NCBI GenBank assembly: GCA_041671225.1
Contig: JBAZBY010000001.1
Span: forward strand, 961,130 to 1,025,129
Source of the DNA: Patescibacteria group bacterium
GTDB lineage: Bacteria; Patescibacteriota; Patescibacteriia; JBAZBY01
Reading direction: 5' to 3'
Length of the DNA: 64,000 nucleotides
In this document: positions 6,991 through 15,799 of the stretch, piece by piece
Layout: every line of letters starts with the position of its first letter
Position numbering within the stretch: the first letter of the stretch is position 1
The notes under the pieces: model-generated
The model's input: only the letters and a program-made list of their open reading frames with translations
What the model was told of the DNA's origin: nothing
Databases searched by the model: none
Translations under genes and position numbers: made by a program

Positions 6991-8297
6991 AAAAGGTCTA
7001 CGCGCCGCAAATACTCACGAATATGCTTTCGAAGATTCTTTTTCGGCAACTTCTTTGGATCAACCCACATGGCATCCACATTCTCCCAGTTGAGTTTTAC
7101 GCGAGCAGTGTCGGATTCTACATGATAGATGTATTTACGCCTTCGTAGTGGATCACCTGGGTCGACCCGAAGCCAATAGGCTTTTTTGCGTATGGCAAGA
7201 TAGGCACGCGGAATCCCTGATTCTTCTTCTGTTTCTTCCAAGGCCTTCTTGTCGGGTATTTCATGCGAATCCAACCCTCCACCAATAACATCCCACTGCA
7301 AATGTGCAGTATAAACGCGCGTACTCCGCTTAAGAAGCAATACTTTTCCTTGATGCGTAACGGCGACTTTAACCGATGTTAACACCTTCTGGCCAAGACG
7401 CAATGTAAAAAAATCAGCAACCGCGCGGATGAGTTCATGCTCATGTTTCTTATTTGAAAAATCATGAACGGTGCCAAAAATCGTGTGAAGCGCCTTCAAT
7501 GATGCTTCAGACCCCAATTCCTGATAAAAGCGCTTTGAGTGGTACAACGGCACTATTTCATCCTTTGTTCCATGTATAATCAGGACCGGCCCATGTATCT
7601 GCTCAGCATCCTGAAGAAATGACGGATGCTTTTGATTTTCTGTGAAAAATGATCGGCTAACACGCCGCTTGTTTCCAGGGGTGGCCTCTTCATCAACATA
7701 ACTATGCGTCTTTAAAAACTCGCGTTCATCATAGGAGAGCAAACTTTCATGCACCTGTTTTGGAAAAACAACAGGCGCAACAAGTACGGTAGCGAGTAAT
7801 GTGGGATCTTGCGCAACCACCTGCAGCGTTACGCCTCCACCCTGGCTAAAGCCTGCCATGCCAATGCGACGCACTCCTTTTTTTTTCAACCAACGTATTG
7901 CATCCTGTGCGTCTTTCACGCCACGGGAATACGTAAAATCTTTGAAGGCTCCGTAGCTCTTCCCGTGCCCATTCAAAGAAAGACCAAGTGCCGCGATACC
8001 CTTCCCATTCAAAGCGCGATAAAAATTGTTATACCAAATCTGGCGATGGTCATCCATCCTGCCCGGCAAAAAAACCACCACAGGCGTATCTCGTAGATTG
8101 TGTTTCTTGGGTATATACAGCGTCCCTAAAAGCGTGCCGCGCGGGGTACGGATACGCACATCAGTTACAGACTTTTGTATTTTTCTCCTACGAGCGACAA
8201 CCCTCTTCACTTTTCCCTTCCTCTTCAAGATGGACTTCTTTGTCCGTACGACGATTCCTCTTCGCCGTATTGGTTTCTTTTTTTTATGTTTTCTCAT
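6987..8297 (-). CDS. Fusion protein: polybasic N-terminus + alpha/beta-hydrolase (GFSQGG nucleophile elbow) + C-terminal NUDIX hydrolase
   Basis: N-terminus is ~40 aa of K/R. GxSxG motif GFSQGGG. C-terminal GGGLDSHEIPDKKALEETEEESGI fits the Nudix box Gx5Ex7REUxEExGU. 4-bp overlaps with both neighbours suggest an operon. Confidence 0.55.
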   Translation of the reverse strand: MRKHKKKKPIRRRGIVVRTKKSILKRKGKVKRVVARRRKIQKSVTDVRIRTPRGTLLGTLYIPKKHNLRDTPVVVFLPGRMDDHRQIWYNNFYRALNGKGIAALGLSLNGHGKSYGAFKDFTYSRGVKDAQDAIRWLKKKGVRRIGMAGFSQGGGVTLQVVAQDPTLLATVLVAPVVFPKQVHESLLSYDEREFLKTHSYVDEEATPGNKRRVSRSFFTENQKHPSFLQDAEQIHGPVLIIHGTKDEIVPLYHSKRFYQELGSEASLKALHTIFGTVHDFSNKKHEHELIRAVADFFTLRLGQKVLTSVKVAVTHQGKVLLLKRSTRVYTAHLQWDVIGGGLDSHEIPDKKALEETEEESGIPRAYLAIRKKAYWLRVDPGDPLRRRKYIYHVESDTARVKLNWENVDAMWVDPKKLPKKNLRKHIREYLRRVDLL

Positions 8298-8899
8298 AAG
8301 GCAAGCGATGCATCTCGTTCCTCTGCCGATGCATGTAATTGATTATAAAGAATAATATGCTCGTCGCCAAGAATGCGATAGAGAAAGCGATCTGTCACCT
8401 GACGACGATAATCAAAATCTTTGCGCGTCATTGTTGTATAGCGAATCTCTCGATCAAATAATTTGGAGAAGCCATTCACGAGTCGAACAAATTTTCTTTT
8501 ATTCACCTGACCAACCACAAGAAGATCAATGAGGCTATCATTCAGGCCAACAAAAAATCCACTCAAAAGAATAAGTTTTATGCGTCCGGTTTCTTGAATC
8601 TTCTCGGCAAAGTCCTGCTCCAGAAGGAGGTCTGCCTTCACAAATAGACCTTTCATCTCCGGAAAGAGAACATTGTCTGGATTCGCGCGATAATATTTCT
8701 TCTGCTCTTTTGTTTCTGATTGCACAAAGCCAATTTTTTCCAAAAGACCCAGTTCACGACGAACTGAATTCATATGCTCTCCGACTTTACGTGAGAGCTC
8801 CCGGACGAAGTAGGTGGAGTCCGCATCCGACGTAAAAAGGCGGAGAAGCTTCACTCGCGTCCGTGAACCAAAAATGTGTTCAAGGCTTGATTGCATCAC
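8294..8899 (-). CDS. Hypothetical protein with N-terminal winged-helix DNA-binding domain
   Basis: FGSRTRVKLLRLF...YFVRELSRKVGEHMNSVRRELGLLEKIGFV resembles ArsR/PadR-type wHTH. C-terminal domain unknown. Confidence 0.45.
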   Translation of the reverse strand: MMQSSLEHIFGSRTRVKLLRLFTSDADSTYFVRELSRKVGEHMNSVRRELGLLEKIGFVQSETKEQKKYYRANPDNVLFPEMKGLFVKADLLLEQDFAEKIQETGRIKLILLSGFFVGLNDSLIDLLVVGQVNKRKFVRLVNGFSKLFDREIRYTTMTRKDFDYRRQVTDRFLYRILGDEHIILYNQLHASAEERDASLAL

Positions 8900-8980
8900 A
8901 TTGCGTCAAGGATACCCTCATAGTATAATCATATCGCTTTATCCAGGCAACGTCTGTACGTCCTGACCCGCATTTTAGCC

Positions 8981-11224
8981 ATGCAGCGTTTCTTTCTTGA
9001 CATCGAAAAACTCCACGTTGGGGACCAAAACGCAAGTGCGCATGCTTCACACGTTTTTCTCGCCCAACCCACTCCGCTCGAGGAGCAAGCTCTTGGGCGT
9101 CTTTTCATATTGGTTGATATTGCGCATCCAGATGAAAACGCAACGAACATTTTGCGTACCATACAAAATGAGCTAAAGGAGTCCTATTACCACACAGAAG
9201 AGCTTGCCATTAGCACGGCATTTGAGGAGGCACTGAATCACGTTAACCGCAAACTCCATAGCTTGGTGCGCGAAGGCATAACGGACTGGCTGGAAGAATT
9301 CTCTGCTTTGATCGGCGTGATCCATGGCGAGCACATCATCTTCACGCACCTCGGCCGCATGGATATGTTTCTTATCCTTGGTCGGCGCATGGTGAATGTG
9401 CTGGATTCTCCGGAACGCGATGAACCTGCAAATCCTCTCAAGATTTTTTCTTCTATTGTTGAAGGTGAACTCACCGAGGGTTCATCAGTATTAATGACAA
9501 CGTCAACGCTGCTGGATTATTTCTCGCAGGAAAAACTCCGACAGCTCATTGTTGGCCGCCCGACACATGAAGCCATCACTGCACTCGAGCAACTCCTGCA
9601 TGAGCATCAACATGATGCGGAATTTCTTGCGATTACCGCGCGCCTCATCCCCACGCATGATGAAGTGCCGATGTATCGCGTACCGGCAAATGAACAGCCT
9701 CGACGCGTACCAACGGGTTCTGACGCATCAATGGATGATCTCATCATCCGCGAGAACAAAACAAACGAACTACTCGCGCCGTCTATCCTCGCAGAAGCGG
9801 GAAAGCGCAGCAGCAAAATTGCGCATGATTTTGCATCATTTTGGCGCACGAAAATTCAGCACAAACCAGAGCGCCGCATACATGCGGGCGGCGTGATTCG
9901 CTCACCGCACAGTATGTCTATCGAACGGCCGCACTACTTCCTGCAATTCGTTGCACTCCTTGAACGCGGTTTGCGAATATTGGTGGGCGGGGGTGTGCGT
10001 GGTGTTCAAAAACTGCGAAAGGAAAAACCTATTCATGAACGCGCACTCGAACTGCCAAAGGAAACAGAGGGACTTATATCCAAGCAAGTGATCCGCTTTC
10101 AGCATCTCCCAAAAAACCGGAAGATAATACTCATGATAGCGCTCGTTGCGCTCGTTGTTTTTGCGCAAAGCATTGTTTGGCTCGGGCAACGTTCACGCAA
10201 TGCGGAACAAACTGAACAACTCGCACTGACATTCGTGAATATTGAGGAGAATCTTCTCGATGCGGAAACCTCTCTGAGTTTTGGCGACAATACCGGCGCG
10301 CAGAGCGTGCTCCGCGAAAATATTCATCTCCTTGATGATGCGCATATATCAAATAAAAACGATCGTGAGCGGGCTGACGATCTTCGCACACGCACCGATG
10401 TGCTACTGAATGAAACGCGCAACATCCACACCATAGATACTATGGTTGTAAAAGCGGATTTTACGAGCTTAAGCCCAGATGCGCAAGGGACAAAACTCGT
10501 TGCAGTAGGAACGCTTCTCTATGCATACAACCCGAATACCAACGCACTCTACCGCGTGGGCACTGATGAGCTCGAACTGACAGTTATTGCACCGCCCGAC
10601 TTTGCGCTTGGTGATGTGCGAATCATGACCACTGATGGTGAACGCATACTCCTTCTGAATAACGACAATCTCCTCTTTGCATACTCCCCTGACGATGATA
10701 CATGGAGTACGCTTTCATTCCCCATTCCTGCTGGTGAGCATAACTTCACTGCCGCAACAACATTTCTGGATCGCCTCTATATGGTTGATGCAAACGAAAA
10801 TCAAATCTTCCGCTTCCCGGCGGCAGCAACGGGATTTGGTGGCTCATCCACTTGGGTGCGAGATGAAGTCATTGCATTCACAAATGCGATTGATATCGAT
10901 ATCGACGGCAATGTCTATATCACTTTTAATGATGGAACTATTCAGCGTTACTTCCAAGGAGCACGTGACACATTCTCACTGAAGGCGGTTGATCCTGAAC
11001 TGACGGTTGCCACTGCGATGTGGACAATTGAAGGCAGTGAGGGTATCTATATTCTTGATGGCCCAGGCAAACGCGTTGTGCGCTTTACAAAAGAGGGTCA
11101 ATTTGTGGAACAATACAGCATCACATCAGAAGCGCCGCTACTTGGCTTCTCTGTTGATGAAGTAAACCAGCGCATATTCATCCTGAACGGCCAAACCGTC
11201 AGCGAGTTTTCCATTTCAGAATAG
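8981..11224 (+). CDS. Hypothetical single-pass membrane protein with C-terminal beta-propeller-like (NHL/SMP-30-like) repeats
   Basis: Central TM IILMIALVALVVFAQSIVWLG. C-terminal repeats such as DIDIDGNVYITFNDGTIQRYF and YILDGPGKRVVRFTKEGQFVEQY. Confidence 0.45.
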   Translation: MQRFFLDIEKLHVGDQNASAHASHVFLAQPTPLEEQALGRLFILVDIAHPDENATNILRTIQNELKESYYHTEELAISTAFEEALNHVNRKLHSLVREGITDWLEEFSALIGVIHGEHIIFTHLGRMDMFLILGRRMVNVLDSPERDEPANPLKIFSSIVEGELTEGSSVLMTTSTLLDYFSQEKLRQLIVGRPTHEAITALEQLLHEHQHDAEFLAITARLIPTHDEVPMYRVPANEQPRRVPTGSDASMDDLIIRENKTNELLAPSILAEAGKRSSKIAHDFASFWRTKIQHKPERRIHAGGVIRSPHSMSIERPHYFLQFVALLERGLRILVGGGVRGVQKLRKEKPIHERALELPKETEGLISKQVIRFQHLPKNRKIILMIALVALVVFAQSIVWLGQRSRNAEQTEQLALTFVNIEENLLDAETSLSFGDNTGAQSVLRENIHLLDDAHISNKNDRERADDLRTRTDVLLNETRNIHTIDTMVVKADFTSLSPDAQGTKLVAVGTLLYAYNPNTNALYRVGTDELELTVIAPPDFALGDVRIMTTDGERILLLNNDNLLFAYSPDDDTWSTLSFPIPAGEHNFTAATTFLDRLYMVDANENQIFRFPAAATGFGGSSTWVRDEVIAFTNAIDIDIDGNVYITFNDGTIQRYFQGARDTFSLKAVDPELTVATAMWTIEGSEGIYILDGPGKRVVRFTKEGQFVEQYSITSEAPLLGFSVDEVNQRIFILNGQTVSEFSISE

Positions 11225-11235
11225 CAGAGAACCAA

Positions 11236-11266
11236 AACGCCCCGCCGAATGGCGGGGCGTCTTTTG
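11236..11266. terminator. Bidirectional intrinsic terminator between the convergent 8981..11224 and rplL genes
   Basis: AAAACGCCCCGCCGAATGGCGGGGCGTCTTTT. Perfect GC stem flanked by an A-run and a T-run. Confidence 0.65.
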
Positions 11267-11283
11267 ATTTTCTCTAAAGAAAA

Positions 11284-11739
11284 TTATTTGAGGTTGACGG
11301 TTGCACCAGCTTCTTCGAGCTTCTTCTTCAGCTCTTCTGCTTCTGCCTTCTTCAGACCTTCTGCAATAACGGTTGGAGCGCCATCGACCATATCCTTTGC
11401 TTCTTTAAGACCTTTCTGAGTTACCTCACGAACGACCTTAATAACTGCGATCTTGCTTGATCCTGCAGCCGCGATTTCCACATCGAAGGAGTCCTTCTCT
11501 TCTGCGGCACCAGCATCGCCAGCAGCCGCGGCACCTGCCATCATCATTGGGGCAGCAGCAGAAACACCGAACTTCTTCTCAAGGATCTTCACGAGTTCAG
11601 AAAGGTCCAAGACGGACATCTTTTCGATCTCGGTGACGAGCTTCGCAAACTTTTCAGGTACTGTTACCTCTTCATTCACTACTTCTTCTTTTGTATCCGC
11701 CGCAGCTTCTGCGGAGGCGGACATTTCTTCTTCAGCCAT
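11284..11739 (-). CDS. rplL: 50S ribosomal protein L7/L12
   Basis: Ala-rich flexible hinge and conserved C-terminal domain [27 protein letters not shown]...[12 protein letters not shown]. Confidence 0.95.
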   Translation of the reverse strand: MAEEEMSASAEAAADTKEEVVNEEVTVPEKFAKLVTEIEKMSVLDLSELVKILEKKFGVSAAAPMMMAGAAAAGDAGAAEEKDSFDVEIAAAGSSKIAVIKVVREVTQKGLKEAKDMVDGAPTVIAEGLKKAEAEELKKKLEEAGATVNLK

Positions 11740-11763
11740 GGTTTTGAATCTAATGTGTATGAT

Positions 11764-12288
11764 TTATGAACTTTTTTCTGAAATTGCCTTCAAGGTTTGC
11801 ACCAAACCGCGCAGGTTACCAGCAAGCACACGTGCAAAACCGGTAATGGGGGCCTGCAACACATACACCGTCTTTGCGAGAAGTTCCTGGCGTGACGGAA
11901 GCATTGCGAGCTCATTGACCTGCGCCTCATTAACATATGCACCTTCAAGAACGCCGCCTTTGAGTACGATCTGCTCTGTGTGATCCTTTGCGAATTTGTG
12001 AAGCAATCGAGCTGGTGCAATCGCGTCACCACTGCCAAAGGCAACGGCAATCGTACGATCCCACTCATCAACAGGCACTGCGAGTCCTGAATCCTTCAGG
12101 GCAAGCTTCAGAAGTGTTTTTTTCACAGAAACGAGTTCGACCTGCTCGCTCTTGAGCTCCTTGCGGAGTTTATTCAGATCGTTCATCTCAAGCTTATCCT
12201 GAATAACAAACACCGTAGACGGTGCGTTCTTCAAGCCTGCGATGACCTTCTGAACTATTTCTTCTTTTTTTTCTCGTGATTTTGGCAT
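11764..12288 (-). CDS. rplJ: 50S ribosomal protein L10
   Basis: MPKSREKKEEIV..., typical L10 length and composition, directly upstream of rplL. ~240-nt structured leader at 12289..12528. Confidence 0.9.
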   Translation of the reverse strand: MPKSREKKEEIVQKVIAGLKNAPSTVFVIQDKLEMNDLNKLRKELKSEQVELVSVKKTLLKLALKDSGLAVPVDEWDRTIAVAFGSGDAIAPARLLHKFAKDHTEQIVLKGGVLEGAYVNEAQVNELAMLPSRQELLAKTVYVLQAPITGFARVLAGNLRGLVQTLKAISEKSS

Positions 12289-12528
12289 AAGGGTATTCGA
12301 GCTTAGCTCGATAGAGACAAAAAATACGGTTATTCACCGTAGACAATAGGCACAACGTGCGCACTTTGTTTACCTCGAGAGGATTTATTGCCCTTGTTTC
12401 TGGGTTACCTCTGGTCTTTGGTGAACGAAACGGAGTATAGCAGGTGTAAAAATACTGTCAACCAATGCGCCATTATGAGCCCCGTCGTAGCCCGAAGGGC
12501 GAAGACGCGGGCGTGGTAATAACGAAGT

Positions 12529-13191
12529 CTACGGATGAATAACCGTACCTTTAAAAGGCTTCCCAGCAAGTGCTGCCGTAAGATTTGTGATGTTCATACC
12601 GTTCAGAACAATAACGATCATACCATTCTTGCGCGCACGCTTCACCGCTGTTGGATCAAAAGGCGCATGCATCCCAGGGGTCCGAACGAGCGGGAAGCGC
12701 TGCACATACTCTCTCCATGTCACATCCTTCAGTATTCGCGCGTTTCGAAACTTTGCAGGATCTTTCTCATAGACGTAGTCGATGTTTGAAAGATTGAAAA
12801 TCGTCTTCGCGTGAAGCTTTTCTGCAAGAAACACCGTATCCAAATCCGTCGAAGAGCCGGGCTTCTCCCCCGCCCCCACCACTATCTGATGCCGCGGGAG
12901 CGGATCATGATAGCTCGCGATCACCGGCGATGCCGATGGACCGAGCACAAAACGCATGAACTCCGCATTGACCTGCGTGGTGCGGATACCGATCCAATCA
13001 AGCGCATCGTGGCCGTGAACGCCGAGGTCGCGCGCTGCGGTTTGGTAAAATCTGCATGGCTGGCCCCCGCCAAATACGACTCCCAATCGATGTGTTTTTG
13101 AGGCAGACAGCAACACACTCCGGAGCTTCCGAATGAATGCACGATCGATCTTCCCTGGATTGATGATGGATCCACCGATGGAAAGAACCAT
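12529..13191 (-). CDS. pyrH: Amino-acid-kinase-family protein, UMP kinase-like
   Basis: LSIGGSII, VVFGGGQ and VVGAGEKPGSSTDLDTVFLAEKL resemble UMP kinase motifs. Start trimmed to MVLSIGG to avoid overlapping mltG. Confidence 0.5.
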   Translation of the reverse strand: MVLSIGGSIINPGKIDRAFIRKLRSVLLSASKTHRLGVVFGGGQPCRFYQTAARDLGVHGHDALDWIGIRTTQVNAEFMRFVLGPSASPVIASYHDPLPRHQIVVGAGEKPGSSTDLDTVFLAEKLHAKTIFNLSNIDYVYEKDPAKFRNARILKDVTWREYVQRFPLVRTPGMHAPFDPTAVKRARKNGMIVIVLNGMNITNLTAALAGKPFKGTVIHP

Positions 13192-13198
13192 CGGCTGC

Positions 13199-14269
13199 TT
13201 ATTTGAGATACTTCGCTTTATTGGCATTGTGCTCATCTAATGTTCGTGAGAAAACCGCCGTACCGTCTTCTTTGGTGAGGAAATAATAATAGTCGTTCGG
13301 CGTGGGGCTCAATGCCGCTTCGATCGCCGCAATGCTCGGATTGCCGATGGGTCCCGGCGGCAGACCCGGATACTCATACGTATTGTACGGCGAGTCGATA
13401 CTGATATCCGCAAATGACGGCCGGGTGGTATTTTTCCCCGTCACATAATTCACCGTGGCATCGGACTGCAATGGGATGCCTTCATCCAACCGCTTCCAAA
13501 ACACATCAGCGGCATTCTTCATGTCAGCGTCTGTTAATACCTCGCGCTCGATAATGGAAGCAACCGTAAGAATCTCAAAAAGTGAACGGTTGCTTGCATC
13601 AATTGCATCTTCATACGGCGCAATTTTTTCCTCAAAATTATCAAGCATCTTTTTCACGATTTCCTCCACATCAAATTCAGGATAAATGTGATAGGTATCG
13701 GGATAAAGAAAACCCTCAAGCGTTGCATGCAAAGGTTTTTTTGCGAGAAACGCATAGGTTGAATCTGGTACCACCTCGCGACTGTCGGCCACATCAAGCG
13801 CAGCAAGAAAAACAGCCTCATCAATAGACCCATCATGAGCTACCTCATAGACCTCACTCAAATAGGTCGCAATGGTCGCATTCGACCAACCCTCGCGAAT
13901 CGTGATTCGTACCTGATTATTTTGAATAACCCCCTCCTCAACCACATCATCAACTTCACCTTCAGAAATCTTACGCGCAATTTCCTGACTGGAAAAACTC
14001 GGACGCAGCTCATAGGTTCCTGCTTGAAACGTTTTTGCAATACCTTCCACTTTTGCATACGTAGAAAAAACAAGCTCATTGCGAATAAGGCTGACTTCTT
14101 TAAGGTTCTTCCCGATTGTCCTTACGCCTTGACCTTCTTCAATAAGAAACGAAATTGCTGTCTCGTCATTGGAAACCGCGCGTAGCTGATTCGTAAACCA
14201 TGCAAAGCAAATGCCAAAACCAAGCAATACAACCACAACAAGCCCCGCAAGAAGTGTGCGTATGTTCAT
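13199..14269 (-). CDS. mltG: Endolytic murein transglycosylase MltG (YceG family)
   Basis: N-terminal TM anchor. LQSDATVNYV and SPYNTYEYPGLPPGPIGNP signature. C-terminal YYYFLTKEDGTAVFSRTLDEHN. Confidence 0.8.
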   Translation of the reverse strand: MNIRTLLAGLVVVVLLGFGICFAWFTNQLRAVSNDETAISFLIEEGQGVRTIGKNLKEVSLIRNELVFSTYAKVEGIAKTFQAGTYELRPSFSSQEIARKISEGEVDDVVEEGVIQNNQVRITIREGWSNATIATYLSEVYEVAHDGSIDEAVFLAALDVADSREVVPDSTYAFLAKKPLHATLEGFLYPDTYHIYPEFDVEEIVKKMLDNFEEKIAPYEDAIDASNRSLFEILTVASIIEREVLTDADMKNAADVFWKRLDEGIPLQSDATVNYVTGKNTTRPSFADISIDSPYNTYEYPGLPPGPIGNPSIAAIEAALSPTPNDYYYFLTKEDGTAVFSRTLDEHNANKAKYLK

Positions 14270-15366
14270 AGAAGATCGTCGCGTTTTTCTTCTTGTAATT
14301 TTTCCACGATCTTTTTGATTTCCTGGTCGCGTTTCTTATCTGCAACAAGCAACGCATCACCGGTATCCACAATGATCAAATCTTCCACGCCGAGCGTTGC
14401 GATCACCTTTTTTTCATCAACACCATAAATCATCGTGTTTTTGGTATCCACGCTAATGTGTTGCACGCCTTGCACAACATTATCATCGCTGTTTTCTTCC
14501 TGAACGCGCTTCAATTCACTCCATAATCCCACATCGCTCCAATCAAAAGGCGCTTTGATAATGAGCACATCCTTCGTATCCAATTTCTCTGTAATTGCAT
14601 AATCAATGGAAATCTTCTCTAATTGTGCATAAACTTCCGGAATGGCATCCTTCTTCCCTTCTTTCCACAACTGCTGAATCTCCCGCAAAAGCCTTGCCGT
14701 CTCTGGCGCATGCTTTTCATAGGCTTCCAGAAACTTCCGCGGTGTCCACATGTAGTAATTGCCATGCCAGAGATATTCCCCGCTCTTTATATATTCCTCA
14801 GCGGTTTCTTTGGGGGGTTTTTCCTTATGCCCCTTGAATTCATAGATTTCCACACCATTTCGTTCTTCCAGGCGCTTACCAACATGTGTATAACCCAGAT
14901 TCGTTGTTGGCCAGGTTGGTTCCACGCCAATATCAAGCAATTTCCCTGTTTCTCTAATCAATCCCTCGCCCACGTGAAGACTCGCCCGAAAACGCTCATG
15001 ATCCGCAATATAGTGATCTGAGGGTAAAAATGCGACAGGTTCATCAGGAGTAGAAAGTTCCAAAATGGCCGCAACAAAACCCATTGCCGGACCAGTATCC
15101 CTTTTTTCAGGTTCAACAAGAATATGGTCTTCTGGAACCTGTGGAAAAGTTTCCCGAATGAATCCTGCGGTTCCCTCAGTAACGGAATAATAGAGCGAAT
15201 CTTCGGGAAAATCAGTCCCAAGACGTTCCCGCGTGAGCTCCAAAAGGCTGGATTTTCCAAGAACTCGTTGAAACTGCTTGGGGCGCTTTGAGCGAGAAAG
15301 CGGCCAAAGACGTGTACCGCCACCGCCAGCAAGAATGACTATATTCATACTGGCATATCCTATCAT
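14266..15366 (-). CDS. Mannose-1-phosphate guanylyltransferase (nucleotidyl transferase family)
   Basis: MNIVILAGGGGTRLWPLSRSKRPKQF N-terminal NTP-transferase motif. True start may be MNIVIL at 15348. Confidence 0.7.
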   Translation of the reverse strand: MIGYASMNIVILAGGGGTRLWPLSRSKRPKQFQRVLGKSSLLELTRERLGTDFPEDSLYYSVTEGTAGFIRETFPQVPEDHILVEPEKRDTGPAMGFVAAILELSTPDEPVAFLPSDHYIADHERFRASLHVGEGLIRETGKLLDIGVEPTWPTTNLGYTHVGKRLEERNGVEIYEFKGHKEKPPKETAEEYIKSGEYLWHGNYYMWTPRKFLEAYEKHAPETARLLREIQQLWKEGKKDAIPEVYAQLEKISIDYAITEKLDTKDVLIIKAPFDWSDVGLWSELKRVQEENSDDNVVQGVQHISVDTKNTMIYGVDEKKVIATLGVEDLIIVDTGDALLVADKKRDQEIKKIVEKLQEEKRDDLL

Positions 15367-15506
15367 TTTATGGCTTTTTCTACTAGAAAAAAACTGATTC
15401 TGTATGACATTGCACTTTTCTTTTTGTAATCATGACCAATGCTGTTCGGCTATGATGATGTCTCGAAAGCCAATATGTTCATTGTAAATCCTCGCACGAA
15501 ATCATC

Positions 15507-15535
15507 TTGACAAATTTCTTCACTTGCAGTAAGGT
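15507..15535 (+). promoter_or_regulatory. Sigma70-type promoter TTGACA-17-TAAGGT upstream of the giant surface-protein gene
   Basis: TTGACA 15507..15512, 17-nt spacer, TAAGGT 15530..15535. Confidence 0.4.
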
Positions 15536-15799
15536 ATTTTGTGCCTAAGGGGGGGGTTCTATTTTGTAGAACATCCTGTTTTCAGTCATTGCTCATTCAC
15601 CGTTCTTTTGCACTCACTCTCACATACTCTCTCGCTTTCCTGGGACGATATCCCGGGTAAAACGAAAAGCCAACGAAAGGTTCAAATAATCTGCTTGCTC
15701 ACACAACCCTTTGAAAAAGGGGGGCAACATGCTAGACATAAAAAATTTGAATTTTTTGTTGGCTTTTTCATTACAAACATTACTTTTTCCATAACATAT

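Noticed and set aside
15539-15799. 5' extension of the giant adhesin ORF (87 codons) and analogous extensions at 35404..36702, 49747..50889, 21846..22004
   Set aside because: The upstream portions lack an RBS and lie in promoter / AT-rich or GC-rich non-coding DNA. The recognisable signal peptide or conserved N-terminus begins at an internal Met.
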